From an uncultured Acidimicrobiia bacterium (lineage in GTDB: Bacteria; Actinomycetota; Acidimicrobiia; Acidimicrobiales; AC-14): 64,000 bases of DNA. The DNA lies in NCBI GenBank assembly GCA_963836205.1, contig CAWIIV010000023.1, positions 1 to 64,000 of the forward strand, in the 5' to 3' direction. Positions 62,079-64,000 of this stretch are shown in pieces. Made by a program: the position numbers and the translations under genes. How positions within the stretch are numbered: position 1 is the stretch's first letter; each line of letters starts with the position of its first letter. The notes under the pieces are model-generated. The model did not search any database. It had not been told where the DNA came from and saw nothing but the letters and a program-made list of their open reading frames with translations.

Positions 62079-62957
62079 ATGACCGCCACACCGGTACCGG
62101 CCACGACCGTTCCGGCCGCGTTCATCGGGCACGGCAACCCCATGAACGCCATCGAGCGCAACCGCTACACCGAGGCGTGGGCGGCGTTCGGCAACTCCCT
62201 CCCCAGCCGACCTCGCGCCGTGCTGGTCGTGTCCGCCCATTGGTACGTGAACTCCACCGCCGTCACCGCCATGGCGTGGCCCCGCACCATCCACGACTTC
62301 TACGGCTTCCCGCCCGAGCTGTTCGCGGTGGAATACCCCGCGCCCGGTGCCCCTGAGCTGGCCGAGGAGGTGGCCGACGCGGTCACACCCCACTGGGTGG
62401 GAGCCGACCACGACAGCTGGGGCCTCGACCACGGCACCTGGTCGGTGCTCCGCCATGTCTTCCCCTCTGCCGACGTCCCGGTGGTGCAGCTCTCGATCAA
62501 TGCCCAGCGCCCGCTCGACTACCACTTCGAGCTGGGAACCCGCCTGGCACCGCTCCGGGAGCAGGGGGTACTCGTCATTGGCAGCGGCAACGTGGTCCAC
62601 AACCTGCGGGCGGTCGACTGGAGCCAGCCCGACGCCGCCTTCCCGTGGGCCCGCAGCTTCGACGACGACGCCAAGGCGGCCATGATCACCAATCCGGCCG
62701 GTGTCCTCGGGCTCGCTCTCCACGTCGAGTTCCGCCGGGCGGTGCCGACCCCCGACCACTTCCTGCCCCTCCTCTACGTGGCCGGCCTGGCCCACGCCGC
62801 CGGCTGTCCGGCCGACGTCCTGGTCGAGGGCTACACCATGGGCTCCATCTCCATGGACGCCTACACCGTCGGCGCACCGCCCGTCCCGCCCGCCGGCGAT
62901 GCCGGGCCGCCCTCGCCCCTCCCCGACGCCGTACCCCCCGACGACACCAATGTCTGA
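62079..62957 (+). CDS. ygiD: 4,5-DOPA extradiol dioxygenase
   Basis: [40 protein letters not shown]. Confidence 0.9.
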   Translation: MTATPVPATTVPAAFIGHGNPMNAIERNRYTEAWAAFGNSLPSRPRAVLVVSAHWYVNSTAVTAMAWPRTIHDFYGFPPELFAVEYPAPGAPELAEEVADAVTPHWVGADHDSWGLDHGTWSVLRHVFPSADVPVVQLSINAQRPLDYHFELGTRLAPLREQGVLVIGSGNVVHNLRAVDWSQPDAAFPWARSFDDDAKAAMITNPAGVLGLALHVEFRRAVPTPDHFLPLLYVAGLAHAAGCPADVLVEGYTMGSISMDAYTVGAPPVPPAGDAGPPSPLPDAVPPDDTNV

Positions 62958-63039
62958 GCCCGTCCGAAGTCCGTTGCCCGGATGACCGCCACCGCTCCGG
63001 CACCCGCCCCCGCATCTGGTCGCGGTTGGCCGGGCGTAG

Positions 63040-63199
63040 TCCGGGCCGACCGTCGCGCCCAGGCCGACGTGGGCGTCGGACATGAGGTCGACGTGGCCGC
63101 CACGACTGGCAGGCGAGCCGTCTTCTCCGCCTGGCGGATGGTGCCGGGGTCGACGTCGGTCGCCCACGAGAGGAGCTTGTCGTTGATCGTGACGGGCAT
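63040..63199 (-). pseudogene. rtcB: N-terminal remnant of RNA ligase RtcB
   Basis: LLSWATDVDPGTIRQA...RLPVV, then frameshifted GHVDLMSDAHVGLGATVG, then truncated. Confidence 0.75.
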
Positions 63200-63271
63200 G
63201 GCCGTCCCAATGTGGCGGGCGCCGCCCCGGACGGCGGCCGATCGTGGGGCGGGCCGGCCGGGGCGGCGGTG

Positions 63272-63913
63272 TCAGGGGCGGCGGCCGTTCCAGGCCACCA
63301 GGCGGTCGATGAGCGGGGCGTCGTCGGCGACGGGGACGGCGTCGGCCCATGGGTCACCCGCCGACCGGTAGGGCTCGGGCATCCCCGCCTTCACCGCCGC
63401 GAACATCTCCGAGCGACCCTCCCCGGGCATGCCCCGGAAGGACTCCCAGGCCGTGGCGACCACCTCGTCGTCCCACGCCGGGGACTGGCCGGTCGCGGTG
63501 GCCAGGTCCCACGTGTGGACGGTGATCTCGTTGCAGTAGCTGGCCAGGGTGAGGGCGCCGGAGTCCTGGGCCCACGGCAGGTGGACGATGCGGACGAGGC
63601 TGGCGTCGTCCGCCCACGCCTCGACCACACCCTCGGCCGCGGCGGACCACGCCGCCAGCCAGGCGCCGTCGGCCAGGCCGGTGACCTTGTCGGCCACCTG
63701 GAACGGGTTCTCCCCCCGGCCCATGAGCGTGACCCGCTGGAGGATGGCGACCAGATGGCCGACGAGGGTGCGGACGTCGTACTCGGCGCACGGCGTCGGC
63801 CCATCGAGCTGTTCGGGGCGGACGTTGCCGATGACCTCGCCGCCGGTGGCCATGGCCCGGGCGAACACGGTGCGGACATCCGATCCGGTGAGGGTGGGGC
63901 TGGTGGTTGTCAT
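63272..63913 (-). CDS. TIGR03086 / MDMPI-family metal-binding protein
   Basis: PTPCAEYDVRTLVGHL, VHTWDLA, DRLVAWNGR. Confidence 0.9.
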   Translation of the reverse strand: MTTTSPTLTGSDVRTVFARAMATGGEVIGNVRPEQLDGPTPCAEYDVRTLVGHLVAILQRVTLMGRGENPFQVADKVTGLADGAWLAAWSAAAEGVVEAWADDASLVRIVHLPWAQDSGALTLASYCNEITVHTWDLATATGQSPAWDDEVVATAWESFRGMPGEGRSEMFAAVKAGMPEPYRSAGDPWADAVPVADDAPLIDRLVAWNGRRP

Positions 63914-63934
63914 GGGATGAGCATGTGCCTCTGA

Positions 63935-63957
63935 ACCGGTCACCTCCTGGCCGGTTT
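63935..63957. promoter_or_regulatory. Palindromic operator between the TIGR03086 gene and the WYL regulator
   Basis: AACCGGTCA-cctcc-TGGCCGGTT. Confidence 0.55.
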
Positions 63958-63977
63958 TCCGGAGCAGAATGTGACGA

Positions 63978-64000
63978 GTGAGAGCCGACCGGCTGGTGGC
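63978..64000 (+). CDS. Start of a YafY/WYL-family HTH regulator (truncated by the window end)
   Basis: GTG AGA GCC GAC CGG CTG GTG = MRADRLV, a typical YafY N-terminus; divergent from the TIGR03086 gene. Confidence 0.6.

Overview
High-GC actinobacterial DNA (gene content and style suggest Acidimicrobiia; this is an inference). The backbone carries a classical menaquinone pathway (menE, menB, menA, menC, menH, menD, menF, menG), rsgA, an orphan cbbX, two ECF sigma/anti-sigma pairs, sufE and a sulfurtransferase, a sugar ABC transporter with a ROK kinase, ligC, treY-treZ, DNA glycosylases, a LexA-boxed DUF222/HNH gene and several gene remnants. About a dozen single-base frameshifts look like long-read errors. 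The standout is a ~11.7 kb minus-strand island (~16.9-28.6 kb) inside the men region. It holds two tandem NLR-like CHAT(caspase)-STAND-TPR genes with an apparently identical ~1.9 kb protease/NTPase core but divergent TPR regions. Between them lie a translationally coupled 88-aa Trp-repeat microprotein and a 3-TM membrane protein with Pycsar-effector-like topology. A group II intron sits exactly between the AT and G of the start codon of the downstream CHAT gene. Also notable are a 6-codon leader peptide/attenuator-like region upstream of rsgA and a family of ~53-54 nt REP-like palindromes. All calls were made by eye from motifs; no searches were run.
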